A stretch of DNA of 55,037 nt from an uncultured Gammaproteobacteria bacterium (GTDB lineage Bacteria; Patescibacteriota; Patescibacteriia; UBA11705; JABHMO01). This document shows, one piece after another, positions 8,716 to 17,736 of this stretch. The notes under the pieces are model-generated. The model made no database searches, was not told where the DNA came from, and was given only the letters and a program-made list of their open reading frames with translations. The DNA lies in the NCBI GenBank assembly GCA_964584985.1, contig CAZPBK010000006.1, positions 1 through 55,037 of the forward strand. Direction: 5' to 3'. Position 1 is the stretch's first letter. The number at the start of each line of letters is the position of its first letter. The translations under genes were made by a program, and so were the position numbers.

Positions 8716-9835
8716 ATTGGGTTTTAGTTTGACTGGAAATATTGATTAATATACCCATAGCGGCCAAGGCGATAACCATGGCGCTGCCTCCGTAGCTTAC
8801 CAAGGGGAGAGGAATTCCGGTCATGGGCAAAAGCCCGATCATGGAAGCGATATTAAAAAAAGCTTGAAAAATTATCCAAGAAATTATGCCGATGGCGGTC
8901 AATCTGCCAAATTGATCAGGTGCGTTTTTGGCGATTTTAAATCCCCGTTGCATGATTAAAACAAATAAGCCGACCAGAATCACACTCATTAAAAAACCCA
9001 ATTCTTCAGCATAGATGGCAAATATGGAATCTCCGGTTGCTTCGGGTAAATACTGAAATTTTTGTCTGGAGTGACCAAAGCCTCTGCCCCAAAAACCGCC
9101 TGAACCTATAGCCAGAAACGCTTGGTTTATGTGATAGCCAATACCCTGAGGATCCAATTCGGGATGAAGAAAAGTGGTTAATCGTGCCGCTCTGTAAGAT
9201 GATTTGGCTATAAGCAGATAAATGGAAGCCATTCCGGCACCCAGCATACCCAGTACATGTTTCATTTTTGCTCCGGAAGCGAAAAAGACCACAATGGACA
9301 TAAAAATTATAATAGACAAAGAGCCCATGTCCGGTTGAAGGAGCATTAATATGGAAATTACCGCAATCAAAAAGAAAAAAGGTAAGAATCCCGTGTAAAA
9401 ATCCTTGACTCCGGTTCGACCTCTTTTTTCCAGCCAGGTGGCCAGATATAAAAGAAAAGTTAATTTTACCAACTCTGAAGGTTGGAAAGAAAAATCTCCA
9501 ATATTTATCCAACTTTTGGCTGTGCCGTACTCTGCGCCTACACCGGGGATAAAAACAATAATCAAAAGTAAAATGGAGGCTATGAGTAGAGGAGCGATAA
9601 ACTTTTTCCAAATTTTATAATTTATATTGGCCAAAATAAAAAAAAGAAAAATTCCCGGTAAAAGACCGTAAAGCAATTGATGTTTTATAAAATAATAACT
9701 ATCGTCAAAATTTTCAAAACCCACGGCCGTGCCGGCGGAAGAAAGAACCAATAAGCCTAAAACAATCAAGATTCCGAGAGCTATCAACAGGATCATATCC
9801 GGTTTGTGGTATTTTTCGGAAAATAGTTTAAGCAT
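8714..9835 (-). CDS. ftsW: SEDS-family peptidoglycan glycosyltransferase FtsW
   Basis: FtsW/RodA/SpoVE family (multi-TM, GSGGFWGRGFGHS, PEATGDSIFA, PLPLVSYGGS). Lies directly downstream of murD. Start MLKLFSEKY at 9835 avoids overlap with murD. Confidence 0.88.
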   Translation of the reverse strand: MLKLFSEKYHKPDMILLIALGILIVLGLLVLSSAGTAVGFENFDDSYYFIKHQLLYGLLPGIFLFFILANINYKIWKKFIAPLLIASILLLIIVFIPGVGAEYGTAKSWINIGDFSFQPSELVKLTFLLYLATWLEKRGRTGVKDFYTGFLPFFFLIAVISILMLLQPDMGSLSIIIFMSIVVFFASGAKMKHVLGMLGAGMASIYLLIAKSSYRAARLTTFLHPELDPQGIGYHINQAFLAIGSGGFWGRGFGHSRQKFQYLPEATGDSIFAIYAEELGFLMSVILVGLFVLIMQRGFKIAKNAPDQFGRLTAIGIISWIIFQAFFNIASMIGLLPMTGIPLPLVSYGGSAMVIALAAMGILINISSQTKTQ

Positions 9836-9845
9836 AATTTTTTCT

Positions 9846-11186
9846 TTATTCCAATTGGTTAACCGTTTTTCTAAATTGTTCACCTCGATCAAATTCATTA
9901 ATAAACATGCCAAAACTGGCGCATCCGGGAGAAAGCAATATGGTATCTCCGGGCAAAGCCAATCCATAGGCGTGTTTTATGGCTTGTTCAAAGTTATCAA
10001 AACGACCGGCGATTAAATTTTCGCCTTTGTTTTTTATGATTTTTTTCTCCAGTTCGTCAGTGGCTGAGCCTTCCAAAAGAATTACTGATTTAACATTTTT
10101 AACAATGGCTTTGGCCAAGGGGCTGAGATTGAGGTCTTTACTGGCACCTCCGGCCAATAAAATGGTTGGTCTTTTTATGGATTGCAAGGCAACCTTGGCC
10201 GAGGTCGGGGTGGTGCTGGTGGTGTCGTTTATAAATTCAATATCATTTATGTTTTTTACAAACTCAAGACGATGTTCCACTCCGGTAAAATTTTCCACAG
10301 CGGTTTTCATTTTTCCTTTTTTAATACCCAATATTTGTCCGACAGTAATGGCGGCGGCGATATTTTCCAGATTATGTTTACCTGGGATCTTTATATCCCA
10401 TTTTGAAGGTACTTGTCCTCGGAAAAAGGGGACAACCTGCGAGTTTATTTCCAGTTTTATTTTTTTTGTATAATTATTTTGATTATTGATTATGCAATAG
10501 TCTTTCTTTTTTTGAAATTTAAAAATATTTTTTTTGTCATTTATATATTCCCTCATGCCGGCGTAGCGATTCAAGTGATCCGGATAAATATTAGTAAAAA
10601 CAGCAATATGCGGGCTGATTTTTTCCCAAGCAAATCCTTGCAATTGCCAACTGGAAAGCTCTAAAACCACCAGATCTTGTTTATTCACTTTGTCAATTAG
10701 AGGAAGAGCGGCTTCTCCTTGTATGTTGCCTGATAAATAAACCTTTTTTTCCTCATTTTCCCAGTTTTCTTTCAATATTTGATAGATTAAACTGGAGGTT
10801 GTGGTTTTACCTCTGGTTCCGGTAATGCCGATGATTGGGCAAGGACAGTGTTTGGCAAAAAGTGCTTCGTCCATTTTTATATTTTTTTTATGTTTTTCGG
10901 CCAGTTGCAGGTATTTGGATTTCAAGGAAACGGCGGCGTTGCGTATTATTAAATCAGCTTCCAAAATATCCTGTTTTTTATGTTCGCCCAAAGTATACTC
11001 AATTTCATAATCTTCTAGTTTTTCCAAAGAAGATTTTAGTTCCTCGGCTTTTTTTAAATCAGTAACTTTTACTTTGGCTCCTTTTTTTGCAAAAAACAGA
11101 GCATCTTTAACACCTCGGCCGAGTAAACCTAAACCAAGAATCAGAACTTTCTTGTTTTTAAAATTTGGAAATTTTTTTTCAGACAT
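9846..11186 (-). CDS. murD: UDP-N-acetylmuramoylalanine--D-glutamate ligase
   Basis: Mur ligase motifs ITGTRGKTTTS, NIYPDHLNRY and GVEHRLE. Lies in the mraY-murD-ftsW order. Start set at 11186 (MSEKKF). Confidence 0.92.
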   Translation of the reverse strand: MSEKKFPNFKNKKVLILGLGLLGRGVKDALFFAKKGAKVKVTDLKKAEELKSSLEKLEDYEIEYTLGEHKKQDILEADLIIRNAAVSLKSKYLQLAEKHKKNIKMDEALFAKHCPCPIIGITGTRGKTTTSSLIYQILKENWENEEKKVYLSGNIQGEAALPLIDKVNKQDLVVLELSSWQLQGFAWEKISPHIAVFTNIYPDHLNRYAGMREYINDKKNIFKFQKKKDYCIINNQNNYTKKIKLEINSQVVPFFRGQVPSKWDIKIPGKHNLENIAAAITVGQILGIKKGKMKTAVENFTGVEHRLEFVKNINDIEFINDTTSTTPTSAKVALQSIKRPTILLAGGASKDLNLSPLAKAIVKNVKSVILLEGSATDELEKKIIKNKGENLIAGRFDNFEQAIKHAYGLALPGDTILLSPGCASFGMFINEFDRGEQFRKTVNQLE

Positions 11187-11196
11187 ATTTTTTAAT

Positions 11197-12246
11197 TTAG
11201 TACCATCCCTTATCCAATAAAAATATAATAACTCCAATTACGGCAAAAATTGATGAGATAAGCCAAAATCTCATAACTATTTTAGGTTCGGACCAACCAA
11301 TGGCTTGCAGATGATGATGTATGGGCGCTGATAAAAAGACTTTTTTACGGCGAAATTTTTTGGAAAGTAGTTGAATTATTACGGAAATTGACTCTACAAC
11401 CAAAAGTATGCCGATTATGGGCAGTAAAAGAGCGGTATTGGTCAGCATGGCAATGATTCCCAGGGTTACGCCCAAACTCATGGCTCCGGTATCGCCCATG
11501 AAAAATCTGGCCGGATTTATATTAAACCATAAAAAAGCTATGAGTGCGCCCATAATTACTCCGCAAAAAGCGGCCAATTCAAACTTGCCCTGGGTAAAAC
11601 TAATGGCTCCCAGAGCTCCGAAGGTGGTGGCCAAGATTCCTCCGGCCAAGCCGTCCAAACCATCGGCTTCATTAACTGAAAAGGCGCTGGCCACAATGAC
11701 AAAAATAAACAAAGGAATATACCAAGGACCAATGGAGTAATTTCCCAAAAACGGGACATGAAAAACATCCCAGTCTAATTTGAAAAAGAACCATAATGCT
11801 CCGAATGAAGCAATGGCCGTATAGAGAATTAACCGCTGTCCCATGCTTAATCCACCACCTTTCGGCCCAATTTTTTTTACTCCCAAATAATCATCAACCA
11901 GACCGATCAAAGCCGTAATGACCAGAGCTCCGAGAGGTAACAGGGTTTGTCCTCGGGTCAAAAAGTTTAATTCTCCCAAAAAGCTTTCCGGCCAAAAAAT
12001 ATTTATCAAATAAAAAATCAAAGCTAAAATTAAAACGGACATCCAAATTAAAACACCGCCCATGGTGGGGGTGCCGGACTTTTTGGTGTGCAAAGAAGCG
12101 AAAACCGGAGCTGACTTGGCATCGCGAATTTGTTTGCCCATTTTATACTTATACAAAAAATGGGTTAAAATCGGAGTACTGAAAAAGGCGATTAAAAAAG
12201 ATAAAATACTGAGAATGCCTACTTTTAACACAAAAAAGGTTTCCAT
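11197..12246 (-). CDS. mraY: phospho-N-acetylmuramoyl-pentapeptide transferase
   Basis: 349-aa polytopic protein with GTPTMGG, VDDYLG, NEADGLDGLAGG and APIHHH motifs. Confidence 0.95.
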   Translation of the reverse strand: METFFVLKVGILSILSFLIAFFSTPILTHFLYKYKMGKQIRDAKSAPVFASLHTKKSGTPTMGGVLIWMSVLILALIFYLINIFWPESFLGELNFLTRGQTLLPLGALVITALIGLVDDYLGVKKIGPKGGGLSMGQRLILYTAIASFGALWFFFKLDWDVFHVPFLGNYSIGPWYIPLFIFVIVASAFSVNEADGLDGLAGGILATTFGALGAISFTQGKFELAAFCGVIMGALIAFLWFNINPARFFMGDTGAMSLGVTLGIIAMLTNTALLLPIIGILLVVESISVIIQLLSKKFRRKKVFLSAPIHHHLQAIGWSEPKIVMRFWLISSIFAVIGVIIFLLDKGWY

Positions 12247-12253
12247 AATAAGT

Positions 12254-12655
12254 TTATATATTTATTAAAATGGTTAGTATGGTGGCGATTATTAAGAATA
12301 TTTGACAGAGAAGAGAACCAATACTCAAAAAGTAACTTAAAACTTCTTTTTTATTGTAGATTAAAAAGGATAAAATCGTATTTACAAAAAAAATTAACAA
12401 GCCTATGGCCGGGAGTATTAAAATTTTTTGCCAATGGCCGAACATGTCCACACCCAGGTAAACATTATAATGCAGGGGAATAAAAGACAGTTCCGGTGGC
12501 AAATTTTTTACCAGCGGATAAAATTGAAAATAAATAAGTCCCCAAATAGTTAAATTAAATAAAAAACTTAAAAATGTGGAAATTATTATTATTTTACTTT
12601 TTTGGGCCGGAGTATTTTTTATTTTACCGACCAGATTATGGAAATGTATCAGCAT
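12254..12655 (-). CDS. small integral membrane protein, unknown function (first gene of the mraY-murD-ftsW unit)
   Basis: About 133 aa with 4 predicted TM helices. The start at 12655 lies downstream of the predicted promoter, whereas the track start at 12691 would lie upstream of the inferred TSS. Confidence 0.55.
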   Translation of the reverse strand: MLIHFHNLVGKIKNTPAQKSKIIIISTFLSFLFNLTIWGLIYFQFYPLVKNLPPELSFIPLHYNVYLGVDMFGHWQKILILPAIGLLIFFVNTILSFLIYNKKEVLSYFLSIGSLLCQIFLIIATILTILINI

Positions 12656-12681
12656 ATTTTTAACACATAAATCTCCCTTGA

Positions 12682-12710
12682 ATTGTAGCAAAAATTGTTA
12701 AAAATTTGAA
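12682..12710 (-). promoter_or_regulatory. extended -10 promoter for the dcw-like unit
   Basis: On the minus strand: TTCAAA, 17 nt spacer, TGcTACAAT. Confidence 0.5.
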
Positions 12711-12723
12711 GTCTGCGCCTGTC

Positions 12724-12752
12724 TTGAAAAAAAAAGCCCTTTTTGTTATAGT
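12724..12752 (+). promoter_or_regulatory. sigma70-like promoter of miaB-miaA
   Basis: TTGAAA (12724-12729), 17 nt spacer, TATAGT (12747-12752), 27 nt before the ATG. Confidence 0.55.
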
Positions 12753-12779
12753 TAGCACAAGGAAAGTTAGCCTAAATTT

Positions 12780-14048
12780 ATGCAAAAATATCATATTATC
12801 ACCTTCGGTTGTCAGATGAATAAGTCGGATTCCGAAAGAATCGCCGGCTTGCTTGAGCAATTAAATTATTCAAGGGCGGATAAAATAGAATTAGCCGATA
12901 TTGTTGTAATTAACGCTTGCAGTGTGCGTCAAAAGCCGATAGATCGAATTTGGGGGCTGTTAAAAAACTTAAAACAGCTAAAAAAAGGTAAGCCACTTAA
13001 ATTGATTTTAACCGGATGTGTTTTACCTGAAGACGGAAAAGCTTTTAAAAAAAAGTTTGATTTTGTTTTTAAAATAAAAAATTTATATCAACTGGAGGAG
13101 TTTCTCACACAAGAGCGTAAAATCTTGGATAAAGATTACTTTCATGTCTTTCCCAAACTGGAAAAAAAATACAGTGCTTTTGTTCCGGTTATGACCGGTT
13201 GTAATAATTTTTGCAGTTATTGCGCAGTGCCATATGTACGTGGCTCCGAGGTTAGTCGATCGTCCCGGGATGTTTTGGGGGAAATAAAAAAATTGGCCAA
13301 AAAAGGAGTTAAAGAAATCATTCTTTTGGGTCAAAATGTAAATTCGTATCACCCAAAAGACGATTGTTTTTCCAAAGATAATCCATATAAACAAAAATTC
13401 GCCAAACTTCTTTTTGAAATAAACAAAATAAAGGGAATTAAAAGGATAAACTTTGTTTCCAGTCATCCCAAGGATATGGATGAGGATTTGATAAAGGCTT
13501 TAGCTTTACCCAGGATGAGTAATTATCTGCACCTGGCTTTACAGTCCGGAGATAATTTTATTTTGGAAAAAATGAACAGGGGATATACCATAGAAAAGTA
13601 TAAAAAGCTAATTCAAAAAGTGCGTCAAGTTAGGCCGGGCATAGCCATTGGCACGGATCTTATAGTTGGTTTTCCCGGAGAAAGTGAAGATCAGTTTAAC
13701 AATACGGTAAAAGCCTACTGCGAAATAGACTTTGATATAGCCTATACAGCCATGTATTCTCCCAGAAAAGGTACAAAAGCGGCTGAAATGAAAGACAATG
13801 TTTCCTTGAAGAAAAAAAAAGAGCGTTGGCAAAAAGTTCAAAAACTGATGGAAGAAACCACATTAAAGAAAAATCAAAAATATGTGGGAAAAAATGTTGA
13901 AGTTTTGGTTGACAAAATTTCAACAAATTCCGTGCAGGGGAATTCGTCTGAGATGAAAAGAGTTAAAATTAAAGATTGTCAAGCTAAACTCGGAGATATT
14001 GTCAAAGTTAAAATAAAACAAGCACAGGAATGGTTGCTTATCGCTTAA
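12780..14048 (+). CDS. miaB: tRNA-2-methylthio-N6-dimethylallyladenosine synthase (radical SAM methylthiotransferase)
   Basis: UPF0004 N-terminal domain FGCQMNKSDSE, radical-SAM CNNFCSYCAVPYVRG, and a C-terminal TRAM domain. Confidence 0.92.
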   Translation: MQKYHIITFGCQMNKSDSERIAGLLEQLNYSRADKIELADIVVINACSVRQKPIDRIWGLLKNLKQLKKGKPLKLILTGCVLPEDGKAFKKKFDFVFKIKNLYQLEEFLTQERKILDKDYFHVFPKLEKKYSAFVPVMTGCNNFCSYCAVPYVRGSEVSRSSRDVLGEIKKLAKKGVKEIILLGQNVNSYHPKDDCFSKDNPYKQKFAKLLFEINKIKGIKRINFVSSHPKDMDEDLIKALALPRMSNYLHLALQSGDNFILEKMNRGYTIEKYKKLIQKVRQVRPGIAIGTDLIVGFPGESEDQFNNTVKAYCEIDFDIAYTAMYSPRKGTKAAEMKDNVSLKKKKERWQKVQKLMEETTLKKNQKYVGKNVEVLVDKISTNSVQGNSSEMKRVKIKDCQAKLGDIVKVKIKQAQEWLLIA

Positions 14049-14056
14049 AAAATTTT

Positions 14057-14968
14057 ATGACCAAAAAAGCCATAGTTATTTTAGGTCCGACCGGTTGTGG
14101 AAAATCATCCATGGCTTTAAAATTGGCTAAAAAATTCAATGGTTATTTGATTTCCGCTGATTCTCGCCAAGTATATAAATATATGGATATTGGCACTAAT
14201 AAGGATAAGGGTGAATGGAAAAACGGTCAGTATGTTGTTAATGAGGTTCCCGAATATATGGTGGACATTGTTGAGCCGGATCAGGAATTCAGTCTTTATG
14301 ATTGGTTAAAGCGGACCGGGGAAATTATAAAGAATAAAAAGAAATTGCCCATAATTGTCGGTGGAACCGGTTTGTATATATCCGCGTTAACTCAAGGATA
14401 TGCTTTGTTAGGCGATTATAGCTCCAAACAAAGAAAAAAACTGGAAAAAGAATTAAATAAAAAAGGCAAAGATTTTTTGCTGGAGAAAATAAAAAAGTAT
14501 GATCCTGGTATTGAACAAAAAATTGATGTAAAAAATCCTCGGCGTTTGCTTAGAGTGGCTGAAGTGGTTTTGCAAACAAAAAAAACATGGAGCCCGGAAT
14601 CTGTTGGTTCGGAAATTGAATTTTTAAAAATAGGCATTAAAACAGATCGGGAAAAATTGTATAAAAAAATCAACCAAAGGGTTGATAAAATGATAGACCA
14701 AGGTTTGATTAAAGAAGTGAAAAGTTTAATTAAAAAAGGGTTTGACTATTCTTCCTCGGCTATGAGCGGGATCGGTTACAGACAAATATGCTCTTTTTTG
14801 CGAGGACAAATCAGCCGAAAAGAAGCGGTTCGCTTGATAAAAAGAGATACTCGCAGATATGCCAAAAGGCAATTGACCTGGTTCAGAAAAGAAAAAGATA
14901 TCAATTGGGTGGCAGATGTTAATCGAGCTGAAGATTTGGTTGGTGCTTTTTTGAAGAACAGTGAATAA
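14057..14968 (+). CDS. miaA: tRNA dimethylallyltransferase
   Basis: GPTGCGKSSMALKLA P-loop, ISADSRQVYKYMDIGTNK, and RRYAKRQLTWFR. Start set at 14057, after the miaB stop. Confidence 0.93.
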   Translation: MTKKAIVILGPTGCGKSSMALKLAKKFNGYLISADSRQVYKYMDIGTNKDKGEWKNGQYVVNEVPEYMVDIVEPDQEFSLYDWLKRTGEIIKNKKKLPIIVGGTGLYISALTQGYALLGDYSSKQRKKLEKELNKKGKDFLLEKIKKYDPGIEQKIDVKNPRRLLRVAEVVLQTKKTWSPESVGSEIEFLKIGIKTDREKLYKKINQRVDKMIDQGLIKEVKSLIKKGFDYSSSAMSGIGYRQICSFLRGQISRKEAVRLIKRDTRRYAKRQLTWFRKEKDINWVADVNRAEDLVGAFLKNSE

Positions 14969-15019
14969 ATTTATTTTTTGGCTAGTTTTTTATAAATCTT
15001 TATCAAAGGAGCTTTTTTT

Positions 15020-15143
15020 ATAAAAAAAGGGCACTTGCTTGGCAAGCGGCCCTTTTCTGTCGAGTTGCGTTTGTAGAGCGAAAAGAATAGTTTGTTTGTC
15101 CATTGGAAGGACGGAACCAGCAACCCAATCGCAACCCGTCAGT
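15020..15143 (-). ncRNA. candidate small RNA 2 (unassigned family)
   Basis: Bounded by its own TTGACA-17-TAAAAT promoter and a GGGCCGCTTGC/GCAAGTGCCC hairpin followed by T7. A 13-bp closing helix forms between CUGACGGGUUGCG and CGCAACUCGACAG. There is no credible ORF. Confidence 0.5.
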
Positions 15144-15149
15144 ATTATG

Positions 15150-15178
15150 ATTTTAATTTGTTTGGTTTGTTTTGTCAA
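15150..15178 (-). promoter_or_regulatory. promoter of candidate sRNA 2
   Basis: On the minus strand: TTGACA (rc of 15173-15178), 17 nt spacer, TAAAAT (rc of 15150-15155). Confidence 0.6.
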
Positions 15179-15211
15179 GAGATTTTTCTTTAATTTTTCA
15201 ATAACTGGTTT

Positions 15212-15310
15212 TAAAAAGAAAAAGGTCGCTTCTTGGAAGCGACCTGGTTGATAGCTTTTTATCCGCGAAGACTGGATTTTCGAGAAGAAAGAGGAATTAA
15301 AGCCACCAAC
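15212..15310 (-). ncRNA. candidate small RNA 1 (unassigned family, C/U-rich single-stranded stretch)
   Basis: Bounded by its own TTGACA-17-TAATAT promoter and a 9-bp GGTCGCTTC/GAAGCGACC hairpin followed by TTTTTCTTTTT. A 10-bp helix pairs the 5' GUUGGUGGCU with AGCUAUCAAC. An exposed UUCCUCUUUCUUCUC stretch is present. Confidence 0.5.
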
Positions 15311-15316
15311 TTGATT

Positions 15317-15345
15317 ATATTAATTTAGATTGGCTTTTTTGTCAA
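15317..15345 (-). promoter_or_regulatory. promoter of candidate sRNA 1
   Basis: On the minus strand: TTGACA (rc of 15340-15345), 17 nt spacer, TAATAT. A TATAAT lies 3 nt further downstream. Confidence 0.6.
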
Positions 15346-15346
15346 G

Positions 15347-15371
15347 AAAAAGCCGCTGTGATGACAGCGGC
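15347..15371 (-). terminator. intrinsic terminator of gatB
   Basis: GCCGCTGT-CATC-ACAGCGGC hairpin followed by TTTTT on the minus strand. Confidence 0.75.
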
Positions 15372-15473
15372 TCGATACAAAACAATTGCTAGGACGCTTG
15401 GAACAAAGGCGATACGGAAACACTTTTTCCAATTGTTCTGTACCAACTAAAACTTATCATGTTTTATCTTTTT

Positions 15474-17012
15474 TTACAAGCTTTGTATTTTTTGTTTAAG
15501 TACCTCTTCCGCTTTTTGCGGATCAGCTTTACCTTTGGTTTTTTTCATAACCATACCAACGAAATATTTCAGTACCGCTTCTTTACCGGCTTGATATTCT
15601 TTAACTTGATCCGGATTTTCTGTAATGACTTGTTCAATAACTTTATCTAAACCTTCTTCAGAGTTAATTTGTCCCAAGTCTTCTTCATCCATAATATGAG
15701 AAGGATCACCGCCGGTCAACAACATTTGTTTGAGTAACAATTGGGCGTTAGCGCTGTTAATTTTGTTTTGATAAATAAGAGTCAAAAATTCGGCGAAGTT
15801 TTCCGCGGAGATCTTGTTTTGATTTAATTGAAGATTGTTTTCGGTCAAAAGCGGGATGAATTTGTTAATAAGCCAATTGCTAACTAATTTTACCAATTTT
15901 TTTTTGTGTTTGAACCAGATCTCTTCTTCTGTTCCTTCCACACTTTCCAAAGCTTGTAGCCAGTTTTTCAGTTCGGAAATTATTTGTTCAAAGTAAAAAG
16001 ACAATTCTTTATCCGCAGACAGCAGTTTGGCGTCCGGTCCTTTAAGTTCATACATGTCCATAAAGCGTCTTCTTTTATCCTGGGGTAATTCCGTTAAATA
16101 GGCTTGATGATTCTTTATTTCTTGTTTGGTGAAGGTTAGGGGAGGAATGTCCGGTTCGGGAAAATATCGGTAATCATGATCTTGCTCCTTGGTTCTTTGC
16201 GCTACGGTTTCTTGTTTATTTTCATCCCATCCTCTGGTTTGTTCTTTGGTCGGTACTTGTCCGGTTGTCCAGAGTACGGTTTGCCTTTTTATTTCATGGT
16301 GTAGGGCTTTTTCCAAGGCCTTGAAAGAATTAATGTTTTTTATTTCGGTTTTTGCGTAGAGTTTGGTTTCTCCTTTAGGGCGCAGTGAGATATTGGCGTC
16401 GCAACGAAGTTGTCCCAGTTCCATATTGGCGTCGGAAACCTCCAAATGACGCATAATCAATTGCATTTCTTCGGCAAAAACCTTAGCTTCGTTAGGCGTG
16501 GTAAAATGAGGTTTAGTGACAATTTCTATCAAAGGAGCACCGCTACGGTTATAATCAATTAAGGTTTTGTCTTTGAAGTGAGTGGATTTGGCTGAATCTT
16601 CTTCCATGTGTAAACGGAGAATCCCGATTCTGGTCAAATGTTCTTCTTTGTCCAGTCGGCCGGCTAAACCGTCGGCCGCTTTATTGTTAATTACCAGCCA
16701 GCCGTTTTCCGCGATTGGTTTATCATATTGCGAAATTTGATATCCCTTGGGCAGATCCGGATAAAAATAATTTTTCCGATCAAATTTGGTAAAATTATTG
16801 ATTTCACAATTTAAGGCCAAGCCGGCCTTGATAGCCATGTTAACCGCTTCTTGATTAATTACCGGTAAAGTTCCGGGATGCCCCAAGCAAACCGGACAAA
16901 CATTTTCATTGGGTTTTTTGTTTTTTAGAGTATTTAAACAAGAACAGAACATCTTTGTTCCGGTTTTCAGTTGTATATGAAATTCCAAGCCGATTATTGT
17001 TTCCAGTTTCAT
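15474..17012 (-). CDS. gatB: aspartyl/glutamyl-tRNA(Asn/Gln) amidotransferase subunit B
   Basis: MKLETIIGLEFHIQL, CPVCLGHPGTLP and DYRYFPEPDIPP motifs, with a C-terminal YqeY-like domain. Confidence 0.95.
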   Translation of the reverse strand: MKLETIIGLEFHIQLKTGTKMFCSCLNTLKNKKPNENVCPVCLGHPGTLPVINQEAVNMAIKAGLALNCEINNFTKFDRKNYFYPDLPKGYQISQYDKPIAENGWLVINNKAADGLAGRLDKEEHLTRIGILRLHMEEDSAKSTHFKDKTLIDYNRSGAPLIEIVTKPHFTTPNEAKVFAEEMQLIMRHLEVSDANMELGQLRCDANISLRPKGETKLYAKTEIKNINSFKALEKALHHEIKRQTVLWTTGQVPTKEQTRGWDENKQETVAQRTKEQDHDYRYFPEPDIPPLTFTKQEIKNHQAYLTELPQDKRRRFMDMYELKGPDAKLLSADKELSFYFEQIISELKNWLQALESVEGTEEEIWFKHKKKLVKLVSNWLINKFIPLLTENNLQLNQNKISAENFAEFLTLIYQNKINSANAQLLLKQMLLTGGDPSHIMDEEDLGQINSEEGLDKVIEQVITENPDQVKEYQAGKEAVLKYFVGMVMKKTKGKADPQKAEEVLKQKIQSL

Positions 17013-17083
17013 AGGTTTTGTTTATAGTTTGATTTTAGCAAATAAAATTAAAAATTAAAAGCTCGGACTTGTTTTCTTGAAGA

Positions 17084-17719
17084 TTAAATAAGAGGTTTGA
17101 TTTTTTGCCAAATTTTTTTATTTATATTTTCTATGGTGTCATCAGCCTGAATTATTTGCCAGTTTGGTAAACTTTCAGCCAAATTCAGGAAACCTTGGCG
17201 TACTTTTTGGTGAAACTCGGCTTTTTCACTATCCAAACGATCTTGACTGCGACGAGCATTGATTCGATTTAGGCCTTTTTCAGATTGCATATCAAGTAAA
17301 ATCGTTAAATCAGGTTCAAGCCCGCCGGTGGCCAACGAGTTTATTTTTTTCATTTCCGGCAAGGCAAAAAGACCTCGTCCAAAATGCTGATAAGCCAAAG
17401 TGGATCCGTAAAAACGATCACAAATTACCGCATGATCTTTTTGCAAATGAGGAACAATGGTTTGTTTTACATGCTGGGCTCGCGAAGCCAAAAATAAAAA
17501 AAACTCTGTTTTGGCGCACATGTTTTTATTGGCCGGATCTTTTAGTAAATGGCGGATTTTTTCGGCTATCGGACAGTCGGTACCTCCGGGTTCTCTGGTC
17601 AAAAAAACTTGAATCCCGCATTTTTCCAGGTTTTGCTTTAATAATTTTATTTGCGTGGTTTTTCCACTGCCTTCGCCTCCTTCAAAAACAATAAATTTTC
17701 CTTTAAGTTTTTTTGTCAT
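17084..17719 (-). CDS. tmk: dTMP (thymidylate) kinase
   Basis: FIVFEGGEGSGKTTQ P-loop, REPGGT, and CDRFYGSTLAYQ. Confidence 0.92.
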   Translation of the reverse strand: MTKKLKGKFIVFEGGEGSGKTTQIKLLKQNLEKCGIQVFLTREPGGTDCPIAEKIRHLLKDPANKNMCAKTEFFLFLASRAQHVKQTIVPHLQKDHAVICDRFYGSTLAYQHFGRGLFALPEMKKINSLATGGLEPDLTILLDMQSEKGLNRINARRSQDRLDSEKAEFHQKVRQGFLNLAESLPNWQIIQADDTIENINKKIWQKIKPLI

Positions 17720-17736
17720 TTTTTTTAATTATTGAT

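Noticed and set aside
8714-9967. N-terminal extensions of several track ORFs: ftsW to 9967, murD to 11237, prfA to 33519, prmC to 31799, rplK to 22994, iscS from 7348, Rrf2 from 6273, and L25 from 28211.
   Set aside because: The extensions overlap the upstream gene or a predicted promoter and do not match the conserved family N-termini. Internal ATGs that give canonical N-termini were used instead.
15020-15143. Candidate sRNA 2 as SRP (4.5S) RNA or 6S RNA.
   Set aside because: On either strand I could not find the helix-8 signature (GNAR tetraloop closed by the conserved GGUCC..GGAAGCAGC-type loops). At about 125 nt it is also short for 6S. It is left unassigned rather than named, and a covariance-model scan is required.
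14990-15178. 62-aa ORF on the minus strand in the gatB-miaA gap.
   Set aside because: It begins at the TTG of the predicted -35 box, has no SD, and reads straight through the terminator hairpin. It is most likely spurious.
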